Assembly (NCBI GenBank): GCA_018985225.1
Contig: JADGIF010000023.1
Location: forward strand, 4,517 to 36,516
Source of the DNA: Amoeboradix gromovi X-113
Taxonomy: Eukaryota; Fungi; Sanchytriomycota
Direction: 5' to 3'
Length of the DNA: 32,000 bases
Position numbers and translations under genes: made by a program
In this document: positions 1 to 10,121 of the stretch, piece by piece
Numbering within the stretch: position 1 is the first letter of the stretch
How the letters are laid out: each line of letters opens with the position of its first letter
Notes under the pieces: generated by a model
What the model saw: only the letters and a program-made list of their open reading frames with translations
What the model was told of the DNA's origin: nothing
Databases searched by the model: none

Positions 1-138
1 CAATGATTTTTCTGCATAATTGTGAACCTATTTATTATTTCTATTAGTGGCTGTTTCTATAGGCTACAATAACGGCTTCATTCTCAAAAGCCATCTTGTT
101 AAATCCTTTTGATCCCATCTTCTTGTGATACGCTTTGA

Positions 139-585
139 TTACTCCTCCTTAAAAGTCCTGATTTCCGAGAAAATCGAGAATTTCCACGGAGAAACTAATG
201 CTAGTTTCTCCGTTACAGTGATCCCTAACGCTTTCACTACACTGAGGCGGGATTGAATAAGGATATATATACTTGATGTATATGTTCCTTGCAGCCATAT
301 GGTCTCTACCTGTCTCCAAATGACAATTTGTACAGGTTCAGGTTTCTAAGTTGGTTTTCTTTAGATTACCATACCTCGTACATGGCATCTAATTCTTCCA
401 TGTTTGGACCAGCTTATCAGTTTGAGACGAATGTATGCTGTACCTGTTAATTATTTATTTAGAATTGATTTACCATTTGCGAAAAGGAAGAATATCGAGT
501 GTTTAGGCTATTAAAAAAATCTGGAAAAGTCTTGAAATGATACAAAAATATATACAAATTCGCAATAAATGATTTATTCAAGAAA
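139..585. repeat. Dispersed ~450 bp repeat, copy A (direct copy at 21918-22379); on the minus strand a decayed Crinkler-type REase-domain coding remnant
   Basis: Long near-identical blocks shared with 21918-22379 (e.g. ttaaaagtcctgatttccgagaaaatcgagaatttccac; ctgaggcgggattgaataaggat). Minus-strand pieces read DAMY...NLNLYKLSF and EKLALVSPWKFS, with stops and frameshifts. Confidence 0.9.
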
Positions 586-1325
586 TAGTCAAGCTGTTTC
601 ATTTTCAAACGACTTAGTTTTCAGTTCTTCAATTCTGATCACCAAGCTCTTGGAAATTTCTAATTCCAGCTCATATTTCTTTTTAGGTTCTAAACAAATA
701 GGATCTAATTCATCTGCAATTTTATCAAAAGTTTTTAGATGCTGGTTGCGAATACTTTCCAAGTGAAAATTCGATTTTTGTGTATTTCTAAGCCATACTT
801 GTCGTCAGAACAAGAATCGTCGTTATCTTAGGAATGATTAACAAGTTTCCTTACTTGGTACTCAATTCCATCGCAACTGGTGTTATTCGAGGCATCGACA
901 TGTTCGTCAACTTCGTCTTCGGTTCCGGTTTCGCTGTCTTCATCGGATGAGTTCGTATCAATATCAGTTGTTGTGTTTCCGTCTCCAAAAACATCACTGA
1001 TACGCTGATTGCTTTTGGCCTTATCTAAATACTCAACAACAGGATTCTCTTCATAAGAATAGTTGGCACATTCATATAGCCTCTTAATATGGCAAGTATG
1101 GGCTTTATGCCTATAATCACTGGGATGAATATCTAGCACCATGAAATAAGACTCGATCTGGCTTACAATTTGTTTCTTTGGTGCGTCGCAGCTTAGTTTC
1201 TGACCTTCACAGTATTTAATCCATTTATAAACTGCAGACATTTTTTCATTTCTCATTTTATCCGTCAAGAGCACTTTGTTAGGGGTTTAATCTTGTATTT
1301 CAGGTTGTTTTCTATTGTTTGCCAT
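139..1325 (-). pseudogene. Disrupted coding region (includes ORF 828-1274); acidic linker followed by helical and REase-like fragments
   Basis: The ATG at 1325 reads MANNRKQPEIQD* and continues in frame into the 148-aa ORF. Downstream a shifted frame reads HLESIRNQHLKTFDKIADELDPICLEPKKKYELELEISKSLVIRIEELK and runs into repeat copy A. It may extend to ~40. Confidence 0.45.
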
Positions 1326-1675
1326 TCTCTGCTATTATGAATCAAAAGATGTTTAGGCATTACTGCTTTGTACGAAAGCACTAATCGATTTTAGTTGAAT
1401 AATTCCTTTATAGCAATTAGGTGATTTTATCGCTCGAATAAATCATCTTACTAAAGTATTGAAATTGAATAAAAACAGCGTTTTCACTTCATCTCACCCA
1501 TAGTACAAGAATCTAAAGAAAGAAAACGGTTAAAAGATGGGGGCTGACTGGGGGAGCATACATGAAGCATTGTCAGCTAAATTCTTGATTTTCAAGGAAA
1601 TTGAGAGCTCTAGTGGGAGTATTTTGGTGCAGCAACTCATTCTAATGTGTACATATTGCAAATCAATTCGTTTAT

Positions 1676-4600
1676 TTAATCCAGCTTGCGAGTTAGTCCT
1701 AGTAACGCTTTTAGATCCTCTTCTTTTCTTTTCAATCCGCTCACTGGCTTTATTTTTTCGGTTTCAACATCTTTATCCTCTGGAGCACTTCCATTTCCAC
1801 TATATATCCCTCTTACTCGACTACCAGAAGATTTCTTATCATCTCTCAATTTATTTCTGTCTCTTCCTTTTGTTGATTTGTCTCTTGTTGTATTGTTCTG
1901 GGTCTGCACTTTGTCTTTATAGCTCGTACTTTCTACCACTTTACTATTTCCTCTATATATCTTTTGCTTATTGTTTCTAATTGGGTTACTTTTTTTGTTC
2001 TCCCCCCATATATTTAGACCAATCTTCTCTACTGTCTCTTTCATTGCTTGCTGTCTATTACTTAAGTTTATCATCTCATGTCCTTCTACGGTGTATCCTC
2101 TTTTATCTTGGAGCAACCCATCCAAATCACATCCCAGCTCTTCTCCACCGGGCACATACACATCATATTGTTGTCTTATACCTACTACTACCCCAGTTAT
2201 TCCAAGCAAACCTTGTTTGTTCATTACCACCAAATCTCCTATTTTAAAACTCTGTTGTCTCATTCTGTACTGGCCATGTTCTGGCATCATAAGCAGCGCT
2301 AGTGGTATGTTTTCTACCTTGGCAGTTGCTTTGGTCACAACAGCGACTGACTTGAGTTGCTCCTTACTCATTCTATCATAATGCAACGGCACTGCTTCCT
2401 CATGGTACTGCTTTACCCACTTAATTACTTCTGGGACACACTTTATTCCATCCACATTTAAAGTCTCTTTGCTAGTTATATTCGCATCCAAGTAGCCTAT
2501 CAGATCTGGGTATTTGTTAATATACTGACGCAGTATTTCTACTAATTCGCTGCTATACTCCCATCTGTCGTTCACCATTCTACTCTTGTTTATTACCTTG
2601 AGCCCTCGCGCTTGATATTTCATGTTCAGTCCCAAGTTTACCAGCCGATTGTTGTACCTGCATTTTAAAGTGCTGGTTAATTTAGATAACAGCAGCCCGC
2701 TTATATTGAAGCGTTTGCATATTGCACGCGGCTGCAAGTATTGGGCACTATCTGCAGTGGCTGTATTCAGTACACTTAATGACATGCTACTGGCCAGAAG
2801 CACAGTAGCCTTGCGGTCATTAATACTCTCGATTATGCCAATTCGCCCGTAGTTGTCATCATTTAACACAAATACCTGGTCATTAACATGATACTCAATA
2901 TCGGAATCCCTCTCTATATGCCGCGCATCCATTTCAAATTCAGTATTTATCAATTCCAAAGGGCAGTAGTCTATGCCATCAAAATGCTGAATAAATCGAT
3001 TATTGCTATAAATTACATGCTTAAATGGTTTAACTGTCACTAAAGTATCACTGGTTAGAAAGATAGCAAAGGTAGATGATAAGTGACTTGATATGTTTGC
3101 GTAAATAGCAGATAGTGAAGGTTTATCATCGATGCTGTCAACACTAACTACCTTACCCATAACGCTGTTAGGCCAGTTGTACAGTACCACACTATTTAAC
3201 TGCACAGGCTTTTCAATGGCCATTGGAGTTATACAGCAAGTGATACACGTAGTAGATCGGTTAAACACTCTAATAGTGCATGACTTGAACTCATAGTCAA
3301 ATGCAATGCTATACAGGCTAGGAAACCCAGGTATCACAGCATGTGGCTGGTTGTTCGGGATAGAGGATATTTGTACAGGTATATCTAACGACACAACAGC
3401 GCAATGACTGGTAAACGATACTAAATCTTTGTTAGTGCTAACAATGTCCATGTTAATATTAGCATCAAACTTGTACATAAAGGAAGTGCCAAACTCATTA
3501 ATTAACAGCTCGTCACTAGTCAACAAATGCAAAACCTCATCTATGCAATTAATGAGAACAGATTGATCAATGAATGGAATCAAAACCAGTGCTTCCCAAT
3601 CATGCTGCTTACCATTTAAATCTACAGAAAATTCACTTGGGTAGTATTCACTCAATAAGGGGTGGGTCATTAAATTTGAAATACAATCAGGTAGCAAATA
3701 TTGTGATTTTAATGGCATTACTGACAGCAGTTGCTGATATGGTGTAAATGGGGTATTAATTGTAAATTTATGATTCGTGGTGGATGCTAATTCATAGATA
3801 TCATGGATGAATGGTGAGTAATGATGTGGGTAGTACCATGACCAGGAAGGCACCCCATCGTAGTAGTACAATATAACCCATTGGATACCAATAACATAAT
3901 CCTGGACGACTATAGATGGATCACTAGGGTTGGATAATTGTAGCTTGTTAGAGTAGTAAGAGCAGCGATAATTGTTGAATGAAGTGCTGCTAGTAACAGA
4001 AGTATTAGAAGTACTACTACTAGTAGTGTCGTCAGAGTCAGTCTCTACCATTAGATATGCAGAAGCATCTCTAGTTGGTTTGTTCTCAGTAATACTGTTG
4101 CCTTTGTTGCTCTTACCTGCCATTTTACTATTCAGATAAAGTTTATCACTATGATGTTGATTAAAATGATCTATTTCAATATCTTTTAAATGAAATAACA
4201 ACTGCTTGACCTTGTTTAGATCCAGCTTACCGTTAACATTAATGAACCCTTTAAAATTAGATTTATACACATTTATGATGAGATCTAACGCGTGATGCTG
4301 CAAATGAAAGTGAGGTAAATGAGGAAGAAAGTCATTTCCAATAAACAAACATAAAAAAACATAGTCGTCGATTATAGAGTTGACATGGTAATTAATATTC
4401 ATTGAAGCACAGCAAGACTTGACCTCGTCAAATTCCAAGTCCAAATAATCACGAAGAAGAGATAAATGTAAAAGAAAGAATTTTTGATTATAAATGTTGG
4501 TGGACTGGGAAGACTTGGAAAATGTTACTTCCTCACGAAGTAGAGAAAAGTGAGGCTCATGTGATAATAAACCAAGCATAATCAAATCAGCGTCTAGACC

Positions 4601-5179
4601 GTAAACACAATGACGAAGATTGATTGAGTAATCAGGTGAATGCTTTAATTGACGAATGTATGCTTGAATTTTATGTTCACCCTCACCAGGCACATTTACA
4701 CCCGAGTATATAACTTGAAAAGATTGCCATAACGGATCATTTGAGATCTTGTACTGGATGAAGTACTGAAAATTGAGATGCAGTTGATACATGAACTTAG
4801 TGCCAGGTGTAATGCAATTACTATCAAAGGCAGGTTTAGAAGGATCAGTAGATTTAGAATTAGTTTTTTGCAATTCATCTGCTGCTTTGAATCTTCGAGA
4901 ACGTTGCTGGTTCATTTTACTACGAGGTGCACAGCCATCAACAGCTAGAAATAAGCACTTTTTAGGCCTGATTTTGGACACTAGTAGATCAAGATATGCG
5001 AAAATATCAGATATAATTTCGGGCAAATCCTTGAAGGTAGTAGTGTTGGCATGAGAGCACATGTGGATTAAGCCATTCATGTCAAGATAGAAATAATCGT
5101 ATTCCGGTATATGAGTTATCAACTGACTGCAAAGTGGATATCTTTCTGAAAGCTGTCGAAAGAACTTTGGAATCCCCAT
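1676..5179 (-). CDS. XRN1: 5'-3' exoribonuclease 1 (Xrn1/Kem1), 1167 aa, intronless
   Basis: MGIPKFFR start; motifs YLDMNGLIH, DGCAPRSKMNQQRSRRF, PGEGEHKI, YGLDADLIMLGL, GNDFLPHLP, YYPHHYSP. The long C-terminal extension fits Xrn1 rather than Rat1/Xrn2. Confidence 0.96.
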   Translation of the reverse strand: MGIPKFFRQLSERYPLCSQLITHIPEYDYFYLDMNGLIHMCSHANTTTFKDLPEIISDIFAYLDLLVSKIRPKKCLFLAVDGCAPRSKMNQQRSRRFKAADELQKTNSKSTDPSKPAFDSNCITPGTKFMYQLHLNFQYFIQYKISNDPLWQSFQVIYSGVNVPGEGEHKIQAYIRQLKHSPDYSINLRHCVYGLDADLIMLGLLSHEPHFSLLREEVTFSKSSQSTNIYNQKFFLLHLSLLRDYLDLEFDEVKSCCASMNINYHVNSIIDDYVFLCLFIGNDFLPHLPHFHLQHHALDLIINVYKSNFKGFINVNGKLDLNKVKQLLFHLKDIEIDHFNQHHSDKLYLNSKMAGKSNKGNSITENKPTRDASAYLMVETDSDDTTSSSTSNTSVTSSTSFNNYRCSYYSNKLQLSNPSDPSIVVQDYVIGIQWVILYYYDGVPSWSWYYPHHYSPFIHDIYELASTTNHKFTINTPFTPYQQLLSVMPLKSQYLLPDCISNLMTHPLLSEYYPSEFSVDLNGKQHDWEALVLIPFIDQSVLINCIDEVLHLLTSDELLINEFGTSFMYKFDANINMDIVSTNKDLVSFTSHCAVVSLDIPVQISSIPNNQPHAVIPGFPSLYSIAFDYEFKSCTIRVFNRSTTCITCCITPMAIEKPVQLNSVVLYNWPNSVMGKVVSVDSIDDKPSLSAIYANISSHLSSTFAIFLTSDTLVTVKPFKHVIYSNNRFIQHFDGIDYCPLELINTEFEMDARHIERDSDIEYHVNDQVFVLNDDNYGRIGIIESINDRKATVLLASSMSLSVLNTATADSAQYLQPRAICKRFNISGLLLSKLTSTLKCRYNNRLVNLGLNMKYQARGLKVINKSRMVNDRWEYSSELVEILRQYINKYPDLIGYLDANITSKETLNVDGIKCVPEVIKWVKQYHEEAVPLHYDRMSKEQLKSVAVVTKATAKVENIPLALLMMPEHGQYRMRQQSFKIGDLVVMNKQGLLGITGVVVGIRQQYDVYVPGGEELGCDLDGLLQDKRGYTVEGHEMINLSNRQQAMKETVEKIGLNIWGENKKSNPIRNNKQKIYRGNSKVVESTSYKDKVQTQNNTTRDKSTKGRDRNKLRDDKKSSGSRVRGIYSGNGSAPEDKDVETEKIKPVSGLKRKEEDLKALLGLTRKLD

Positions 5180-5674
5180 GTTTAGAGAATGATGTAAGAT
5201 GCTAACACGAGATTAAAACTTGTTACTCGTTAAATAAATGCAAGGACTCTCTAACATTTTAATCTCAAAAATGTAATTGCAGTTCTCTAGCTAAGAGCAA
5301 GAACTGAATTTTAATCCTAAACGAAGGAAATTCAAGCTTTACAATTTGTTAAAGTTAGATATATTTCACAATTCTACAGAGAAGAGCAATTATGATAAAA
5401 CAATTTATGCTGATTTAGTAAAAAATTGATGTTCTCTTTTACTATTTTGCAATTGTTTCTATATCACCACAGCCAGAACGTTCCTAGTTTTAATACACTA
5501 GAAAGATATGCAGAATATATTCTTCGAGGTCCAGAGACCGGTTTAAAAGTGAAGTTTAAATACAAAGAAACTGCTCTATCTAAGTACTTGATGCTCACTT
5601 AAGTTAGCACTATTAATGAAGAGTAGTAGGTAAAATTACTATACACTGAATTTATTACATGTCTCTTAATTTAG

Positions 5675-6981
5675 TTAAAACAAAATCAGTGCTACTATTA
5701 ATCGAAAGAAATGATCAAAAACTTCTACATTGTTTTCTTGTGGCAATATTGTAGATGTTCCCGTCTCTGTTGGCAATTCTGAGTCATATCCGATATAAAC
5801 ATCTATATTAATCATCACATACCTTGTACTGATCCCATTCTATCATGCTCCTGTATTATCCCATTGCTAATTGGCCCGTACGCATATATTAGATCGTTCT
5901 TGCCATCTTTTATTACGTTGCTAAACGACCCAATTGGTGTCATGGGCAGTGAAAACTTTACTATTCTTCTTCCATTTATTATGCTAGCCGATATCACATT
6001 TAGTCCTACATCAGTGACAATAGGAGGTCGTGCGTATCCAGAGGCCTTTCTAGCATTGACTAAAATATTACTGTTGATCAGTTCAAAAGTGATGATATCT
6101 GCAGAAGTCATACTACTGCCGAAACCAAGGCCAATCCAGTTATTGCTGTTTGATGCATCTAAGGTCAAATATATATTAGTGTTATTGTAGTAGCCACTAA
6201 CACACACAACGCTCATAAACAAACAAGTCTGACTAAGTGATCTGGTAGTCGTCCACCCAGTTAATGAATCTTTGTACGTTGAAGTGGACTGTTTGAAAAC
6301 TGTAGTATCTGATAAATTAATTTTATCAGAACTTGACTGCAACGGTCCATAAGTTACGGATGTTTCACGGATTGCAGTTGTTCCGTTATGTAAATCAGAT
6401 TTGTTGTATTCAGCTGTTCTATTGTATACTGTAGCTTCTGCATGCCCAGAATTCATGCTAGCTGAGATTCCTGTTTTTGAGGCAGAGACAGTGGTACTGG
6501 CAACAGTGGAATTTTCAGCTAATAGCAGACCATTAGGCTGAGCACCCTTTGCAGTGTGTTTGACAATGTTACCAAAACTGTCGACATCACCATAACTCCA
6601 GATTAGGTTGTTTAAGCCCGCTTTTACTGTGTAAGTATATCCACCACTTCCGATCAAAGACCTAGATATATTGGCGTATCGTCTGGTATCATCAGAAAAC
6701 ATAGAATGTATAAGAAGGTCAGGGTTATTGATTACAGGTGGTCTAGTGTGAGTGATCTCAGTCTTTCTAGCTTTGATAAACAATTGTCCTTGTACTTTTT
6801 CAAACGTTAAAATGTCTGCATCAGCCATTGAAGTTCCAAATCCAAGCCCTGTATAAGGATTCGAGTCAAGTGCATCTATAGACAAGTAAACCCTGCCTTG
6901 ACTAATGTATCCATCAAGACAGATGCTATCGAAGGAATAACAAACTTTTGTTCCAAACATTATCCCAAGAAGTTGAAACAT
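5675..6981 (-). CDS. Secreted/surface tandem DOMON-domain protein; proposed join 6981-5823 + 5802-5675 (428 aa) with a hydrophobic, GPI-signal-like tail
   Basis: Two DOMON units (GLGFGTSMADADI...LIWSYG...HTAKG and WIGLGFGSSMTSADI...LIYAYG...EHDRMG) keep the Met/His heme-ligand positions and are separated by an S/T-rich linker. The unspliced ORF stops at 5815; removing a 20-nt intron adds 42 aa ending FFRLIVALILF. Confidence 0.8.
5803..5822 (-). other. Putative 20-nt spliceosomal intron GTATGTGATGATTAATATAG
   Basis: Canonical GTATGT donor, TTAAT branch-like motif and TAG acceptor; it contains in-frame stops, and its removal opens a 42-codon terminal exon. Confidence 0.75.
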
Positions 6982-7162
6982 ATGACCTAGTCGTATTAAC
7001 TAGAAGCATGATCATCTGGGACTTCCTACAAACATCAAGCAGCTGGGTAGTTTGGTCCAAACTTGGAAATTCAAAGAACAAGCATAATTATTGTAACACT
7101 CCAATCAGGCGTCCTTGTTTAGATATTCACTGAATCAAAATCTTGCAACTGCTTTTGAGATA

Positions 7163-7939
7163 ATGGATCGGCTAGCTTTACACACTATTTCACCTCAGAA
7201 CCTGGCGATTGATGCATTAAAATTTAGCTTGTTTAAACACGGAGAAAAACAAAGTACAAACTTCTTTGCATTAAGACTAGCCGTATATTTTTATAAAAAT
7301 TATAAAATTCCTAGTGAGAATGAGATAGTATTTGCCAGCAGTGCATACCGTAAAGTTCCGGTTGCAGCTGCGTATCTTACTAACCTATTTATCAGCCACC
7401 TAGAACAAATTTCGGGAAAGAAGTACAAGGTCATAAAGCTTTACAGATGCAACTTGACAAAAGGCGATTTTAGCAAGCTGTCTAAAGAAGACCGAATGAC
7501 TGTTATGCGGCAGACAGATTTAAAAATAAAGGGCAGATTTCACAAGAATAAGGAAGTTGTTGTTTTGGACGACATATTTATCACAGGATCCCATGAACAG
7601 AGGATTAAAGAGCTTTTTAAAAAGGAGAAAGTAAAGAAGCTTACTTTTCTTTACCTGGTTCTTGCAACAAGTATTGGGCAAAAGACTATTTTAGAAAGCA
7701 CTTTGAATCATTCTTATATTAACAGTCTCGATAACTGGTTAAGTGTTGCAATGAATCAACCGTACATTAATGTTCGGTTTTTGAAATATTTGCTGCAAAT
7801 TGACTCTGAGAATTACAAGAGTATCGTAGAAGTATTGGGAAAGAATATATGTAAAAAGTATATCAAGATAATTAGAAAAGATGGATTGCAGCATCAGTTT
7901 CAATACAACTTCAATGCACTCAAAGAATTAGTTTACTGA
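7163..7939 (+). CDS. Type I phosphoribosyltransferase-fold protein, ComF-like / Ter-associated (PRTase_3-like)
   Basis: PRPP-binding loop VVVLDDIFITGSHE, plus FSLFKHG, FASSAYRKVP and DFSKLSKEDR motifs recalled from that family. First ATG at 7163 (the track starts at a TTG at 7115). Confidence 0.75.
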   Translation: MDRLALHTISPQNLAIDALKFSLFKHGEKQSTNFFALRLAVYFYKNYKIPSENEIVFASSAYRKVPVAAAYLTNLFISHLEQISGKKYKVIKLYRCNLTKGDFSKLSKEDRMTVMRQTDLKIKGRFHKNKEVVVLDDIFITGSHEQRIKELFKKEKVKKLTFLYLVLATSIGQKTILESTLNHSYINSLDNWLSVAMNQPYINVRFLKYLLQIDSENYKSIVEVLGKNICKKYIKIIRKDGLQHQFQYNFNALKELVY

Positions 7940-8322
7940 ATCTAATTGTTTTAATAAATTATTCGGGTTTTCAATTTTGATTAGCCGTATGTCAGTATGA
8001 AGACTTGAACTATCCCTAGTGCCAGGGATACAAAATGAATGAATTTTTACTTACCAAGCTGAAAACTCTCTGGAATTACCAGTCTTTTCCAGCTAGCTAA
8101 AAGCTGAGGATCTCGAACTAGTTTGTTTTTAGATTAAAAACTGTTCATACTCCACTGCAGACAGCTGGGATAAGCTCTATAATGTTAGGCCTGTATGTAA
8201 GGGTGAAATGGCATTAGATAAAGGAGAAATAGATATTGAAATAAGCTGAGAAAGCCCGTCAAAAGGTATCCGTAGGTAATAGAAATATGCGACATTTCTA
8301 CTTAACCAGTACCACCTCATAG

Positions 8323-8788
8323 CAATTGGGACACCAAATATAAAAACTAGACTAACTCGTTTTTAAAGGTGCTCCATACGGAGGAAATGCTATCAATAAA
8401 CATTCTTCTTCTATTATACCAATTTTCTTTCATTACTTTCAATACCCTCTTCAAAATAAAACTAGATATGAGATCTTTGAGCATCTAAGCAAAAGGTGCA
8501 TTTTCTTGGACGGCATTCTTTTCTAGAGTCATTTTGTAATGTTATACTAACATCATTACTCTTGTCTATTTCTTTGAAGTGTAATAGTGATATTTTATTT
8601 GAAATAAAGACTGGATGAAAGAGTAAGAGAATAGCTGTACAGAATATTTATTTTCCTTTTATACTCGTCAACTCCGCAACTAGCTGAATGTCCACTCGCC
8701 TCTTAAATCCATAAAGTGATAAAGCTGAAATAATGTTCCAAGTTGTTACAGAAAGTTAGTCCAGTTTTTATATTTGATGTCTCATATG
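8323..8788 (-). mobile_element. MITE copy 1 (466 bp) with ~35 bp terminal inverted repeats
   Basis: Left end caattgggacaccaaatataaaaactagactaact; right end reverse complement catatgagacatcaaatataaaaactggactaact, with TA just outside the right end. Internal blocks (aagaaaatgcaccttttg, taatgaaagaaaattggt, atttcctc..tatggagcacct) match the copies at 18140 and/or 31169 in inverted orientation. Confidence 0.88.
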
Positions 8789-8960
8789 TATTAGATTGAA
8801 AAACTCTGCTACAAACTATTAGAATGGTAGTATTCAAATAATCGCCATAAGCTGTTATTCAACTTAAAAGAGGTGCTTATTTGACAGTCCCGTGTGAAAT
8901 TCTTAAGCAAGTTATCTTTTTTAAATCGCAAATATTTAAAAACTATTTACTATTTCGCAA

Positions 8961-9626
8961 TCACCATTTGTAGTCGCTCTTGAAACCTAAGCATTCGTGT
9001 AACTTCACAAATTTATATCCTTTTGCTTTATATTGAGTAACTACAGTTTTCAAGTTTTTTAGAACCACACTGTGAATTTCATGAGTAAGAATAATGTGTC
9101 CGTCGTTTGGCTGACTTAATGGATCTAGCATATTCTGGACTGATTGAGCCTCAGTCAAGGTCTCAGGTACTTTCCAGTCATTGCTGTCTACATCCCATAG
9201 CACAATCTTCATTCCTAGGCGAGGCCCAGTAATAACTTTAGTTGCAGCTGGATCCAGTGATCCGTATGGAGGGCGCATAAATGAAGGCCATCTTCCAGTC
9301 TCTTTGTTGATTAGATTGTTTGCTTTCTTCACTTCTTGGTAGACTTGTTCATCAGATAAATCTTTTGCCAAGTCATGATGGGTGTAAGTATGACCGGCAA
9401 CAGAATGTCCGGCATTGTAAATCTTTCTTACAAGGCCAGGGAACTTCTCCATTTGAGTACCGACAACAAAAAACGTAACCCTAATGCCTTGGGTTTTGAA
9501 AAGATCCAAGTATGACTGAGTGTTGCCAGATGGACCATCATCTAAGGTCAGCGCTACCATATTCTTGTTTACGCATTTTGTATAAATAGCTTGAGAAACC
9601 GCGATTCTAGCAAATAGACTCAACAT
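8961..9626 (-). CDS. Secreted CE4/NodB polysaccharide (chitin) deacetylase
   Basis: All five CE4 motifs are present: ALTLDDGP, HTYTHHDL, RPPYG, LWDVDSNDW, IILTHE. Likely start is the ATG at 9626 (MLSLFARIAVSQ); the track start at 9725 is not an ATG. Confidence 0.93.
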   Translation of the reverse strand: MLSLFARIAVSQAIYTKCVNKNMVALTLDDGPSGNTQSYLDLFKTQGIRVTFFVVGTQMEKFPGLVRKIYNAGHSVAGHTYTHHDLAKDLSDEQVYQEVKKANNLINKETGRWPSFMRPPYGSLDPAATKVITGPRLGMKIVLWDVDSNDWKVPETLTEAQSVQNMLDPLSQPNDGHIILTHEIHSVVLKNLKTVVTQYKAKGYKFVKLHECLGFKSDYKW

Positions 9627-10121
9627 CTTGCTACTATTCAGCTTACCGCATTTAAACAAATCTCTGACTTGTACAGCTGAGTTGATTGGTGGAAAGGAAA
9701 TATTCTTGCTTGGCCATTTTACCAAGTAAAAGTTTAATTTAAATTTTCAATTGGAAAAACTCAGATTTGGGATTCCTTCTTCAGCTCTTAAATTAATTTT
9801 AACTTGTTTTTGGGTCCCTATTGGCATTGCTATAAAATTCGCGCTGTTGCGACATTTTAAAACCAGCTTGTAACTGCGGAAGAGCGTTGTCAGTATCTGT
9901 TAGTGATCTCTTTAGGTTAGCGTATTCTGGATTGGAAGGTTCGAGGCCATTTGTCAGAGATAAAAAGAAATAATACCGAGTTTTTATGAATTAAAAAAGG
10001 TCTAACATGATTCATCATAGAAGTGGTAGAATTCATGTAATTACAATAATGTTTAGCCAATTAAAATTCACACTTTGTAGGAAATATTTTCAAAATTTTT
10101 ACCCCAATTTGATACAGTTTT

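Noticed and set aside
560-1325. In-frame TAA codons suggesting stop-codon reassignment (TAR=Gln)
   Set aside because: Conserved genes of 750-1170 codons have no internal TAA/TAG and end at TAA/TAG at the expected positions; the stops here fit pseudogene decay.
1537-2852. Several plus-strand ORFs of 74-147 aa
   Set aside because: Antisense shadows of XRN1 with no motifs; the same applies to antisense ORFs inside the ATPase, FOX2, CENP-C, ARG5,6 and mucin genes.
5230-5610. Short plus-strand reading frames (~45-57 aa) upstream of XRN1
   Set aside because: No recognisable family, and no consensus micro-intron joins them.
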